From contig NC_057738.1 in assembly GCF_004010195.1 (NCBI RefSeq), forward strand, positions 29,080,192-29,144,191: 64,000 nucleotides of DNA, given 5' to 3'. The first letter of the stretch is position 1; every line of letters starts with the position of its first letter. The notes under the pieces are model-generated. The model ran no database searches. It was given only the letters and a program-made list of their open reading frames with translations, and had not been told where the DNA came from. Position numbers and translations under genes: made by a program. This stretch comes from Chiloscyllium plagiosum. Its lineage: Eukaryota. Below, piece by piece: positions 60,961 to 64,000 of the stretch.

Positions 60961-62591
60961 GACAAAAAAACTGCAGATGCTGGAATGGACATGTAGTCGT
61001 TATAGACGTTCATACCCCACAAGGGCAGCCTCCAGGCCCTCCGCTTCTTCCTCTCCAATAGACCCATCCAGTCCCCCTCCACCAATACCCACATCCGCCT
61101 CACCGAACTGGCCCTCATCCTCAATAACCCTTCCTTTAACTCTTCCTATTTCCTCCAAATCAAGGGGATGGCCATGGACACCCAGATGGGCCTTGGCTAC
61201 ACCTGTCTCTGTTGACTATATTGAACAATCCCTCGTCATTACCTACACAGGCCCCAACTCTTCCGCCATTACATCAATGACTGCATCGGCGCAGTGTACT
61301 GCACCCAGGCTGAACTGGAGCAGTTCATCAACTTTGCCCACAACTTCCATCCTGGCCTCAAATTCATTTGGTCCATCTTGGACACCTCCCTGCCTTTTTT
61401 TGACTTCACCATTTCCATCTCTGGAGACAGTCTCCAGACAGACGTTTACTACAAACCTACAGACACCCATAACTACCTGGACTACACCTCCTACCAACTA
61501 ATATCTTGCAAGAACCCCACCCCATTCTCCCAATTTCTCCACCTCCACCGCATCTGCTCAGACGAGGAGACATTCCACTCGCGAGCATCCCAGATGTCCA
61601 CCTATTTTGAACAATGTGCTTTCCCACCTGCTCCCCTTCCTCCAAAGAGTCCTCCACTGCACCAACTCCATTCCCCGTTCCACTGCTTTCAACCACCCCC
61701 CAAGGCAATAAAGACAGAGTCCCCCTTGTCCTCACGTCCTACCCCACCAGTCTCCGCATCCAATGCATCATCCTTAAACACTTTCGCCAATTCCAACTAG
61801 ACCCCACCACCAAGAATATCTTCCCCATATTACCTATCTCTGCCTTCCGCAAGGAGCATTCCCTTCAACAGTCCTTGGTTTGCACCACTGTCCCCACTAA
61901 ACCCCCCCCAAAACTCCAGGTATCTTCCCCTGCAACCGGATAAGATGCAAAATCTGCCAGCTTCACCTCCATCCAGGTCCCCAAACAGTCTTTCCAGGTG
62001 AGACAGAGGTTCATCTGCCACTTTTCCAACCTAGTTTACTGCATCAGGTGCTCCCAGTGTGGTCTTCTCTACATCAGGAAACTGAACATAAATTTGGGGG
62101 GACCATTCACCAAGCATCGCAGCCAGATGGGCAGGGTCCGACTGAACCTCCCAGTCACCGCCCATTTCAATTCCCCTTCCCCACTCCCTTTCCAACATGA
62201 CTATTCTTGGCTTCCTCCACTGCCAAAGTGAACCACAGCGCAAATTGGAGGAACACCTCATTTTCTGCCTGGTCAGCCTACAGCCCAGAGAACTTAACAT
62301 TGAGTTCTCCAATTTCAAATAACCTCCCTCCCCATCCCCTGACTCCCTTCCCAGCCCCTCCCCTTCCCTTCCATTGCTCCCTGCCACCAACCAGATTCAT
62401 TCCTCCCATTGATCAACCAGGTCGTACTCTCTACCTCTCTTCACCTATCCCTACTTCACCACCCTGTCCCCGCTACCCCTTTGTCAGCAAACTCCCCCAC
62501 ACCCAGCCCCAGTCCTGAAGAAGGGTTACACCTGAAACATCGAGTTCATGATGCTGCCTGGTTTGCTGTGTTCTTTCAGCCTCCTGCCTGT
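60961..62591 (+). mobile_element. Neptune-type PLE, 5'-truncated with a short inverted tail at the 5' junction, antisense to EXOC2
   Basis: RT/thumb ORF FINFAHNFHPGLKF...YYKPTDTHNYLDY...PFSQFLHLHRICS and endonuclease motif NLVYCIRCSQCGLLYI. The pLTR HHR lies at 62511-62545. The TSD ttaatctg(g/a)tggaaga lies at 60945-60960 and 62592-62607. Confidence 0.93.
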
Positions 62592-62949
62592 TTAATCTGA
62601 TGGAAGACAGTCAGCCAAACTCAGGCTGTGCTTTGTTGAAGCATGCCGTTTATTCTCATCTCAGTGCATTGGTATTAACAGCTTTATCCTGTACTGAATC
62701 CGGAAGCAAATAGCTTCTCAATACATTTCCACGAACTGCAGCTGCAAAGGGAGGGTTGGCAATATCACAGTCAAATTTCCTCAGTTTGACTTAGTGAACA
62801 GATCTTCATAACCTAGAAAGTACTACACTAATTTTGCCCATTGTCCTTTTTCAAGCAGAAAGAGCAATTTATATAACATATTTGTACACTGAAGATGCTC
62901 TAATGGAGTACTATTTAAATGCAGTCATTGGCAATACATAGATGAATAA

Positions 62950-63200
62950 AACACTCAATTTGCACACAATAATGTCCCATAGATACTAGATTGAATGACT
63001 CAGCAGATAATCTTTTGTTAGAGGTATTCAAGGAAGTAGAGTGGTTAAGATACTAGCTGAATTCTTCCCTTCTTTGAATTGTATTGGGATTTTCTGAGTA
63101 TGAATTAGGGCCCTCAGTTTGATGGAACTCCTGATAATGCACTGCTCTCTCATAACCAAACAAAAGTGCTTTGTCAAAATTGTGTGAAATCTGCAAAAGG
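62950..63200 (-). mobile_element. DeuSINE-like remnant
   Basis: caatttgcacac...cagataatc...gggatttt...gcactgctctctc resembles the reverse-complemented Deu domain. Confidence 0.5.
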
Positions 63201-64000
63201 GGGTTCTTGAACCAACTATCACCTGACAGAGAGACAAGAATATTGACACTACTGAGTAATCATTCTTTAGGGAGTACTGGCAATAAAAGAAAACGATCAC
63301 TTATCAATGACCTTGTAATATCATGATGTGGAAGAAGAACAGAGCCTGGGAATATACATAATTTGGATGAATCCCTGCACAGCAGTTGCAATGATAAATT
63401 CCTTTTAAGATTATTGTTGGCACTTTTGGGACCATATCTAATTCAACAGATTACTAGTAAATTGGTATGTTAATTAAATGCTCCAAGTGCGCAGGACTAA
63501 TGCTAAACATAGAATGTGTTCTGGAACACAACACTGAAAGTCTCACAATATGCAGCTATATATTTAAGGCAATTGTCAGTCAAATGACAGTTTTTAGTGA
63601 CTGCGAGCTGTTGCCATTTCACAGATTATTACAATGACAAATACCATTGAATAAATGGTCACTTTCACCCATACAAGCAATTGAAAAATACCTCACCATT
63701 TGACAAAAGAGCTTGCAAACAAAGAACTCTGGTAAGGGGGACAATTAAAGCACATGGGACATATCATACCATTTAAAACTCTTACAGAACCTAAGCATTT
63801 TCCTTCCTCAAAATCCAGTTCATTTGCTTAATTTAGCAGTGATACATAAATGATAGCAAGTAAAGAACTGCAGCATACAGGAAGAAATAAACAGTTGTGA
63901 AACCAGAAGTATGCAGTGAGTGTTCTTATGCAACACAATTTAATCTTTATAACAACATTTAATGTTCTAATTAGGAAGGTGCCTTCTAGAAATCCTTAAA

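Noticed and set aside
39414-64000. Next upstream EXOC2 exon (…GSLEPGIYAGYFDW.DCLPPT)
   Set aside because: No matching sequence was found by eye, and candidates near 54600 and 58050 do not translate to it. It is presumed to lie beyond the window.
1-64000. CRISPR arrays, operons, rRNA or viral genes
   Set aside because: No regularly spaced repeats or long intact non-TE ORFs are present. The window is eukaryotic intronic and intergenic DNA.

Overview
Vertebrate genomic DNA from a cartilaginous fish, most likely a shark: HE1 V-SINEs, CR1, L2 and RTE LINE remnants and abundant Penelope-like elements (PLEs). The one host gene I can support is EXOC2 (exocyst component Sec5) on the minus strand. Its last five coding exons (39358-39413, 37819-37941, 27136-27197, 26076-26135, 22563-22656) splice in frame with GT-AG sites. 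A probable polyA signal lies at 21964-21969, and the next upstream exon is apparently beyond 64000. None of these exons appears in the supplied ORF track. The rest is intronic or intergenic, repeat-rich sequence with two assembly gaps (24430-25374, 38626-39125). The most notable layer is a dense set of minimal hammerhead-ribozyme (HHR) motifs carried by several PLE families. They occur in long 5'-truncated copies, head-to-head inverted copies and short pLTR-only insertions with 11-16 bp target-site duplications (TSDs). Two patterns recur: a one-sided 30-37 nt tail, and an apparent antisense bias inside EXOC2. Two SINE-associated local templated duplications were also found. I see no prokaryote-type system (CRISPR, operon) and no clearly novel protein-coding system. 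Family names come from recognition by eye, and repeat boundaries are approximate unless a TSD is given.
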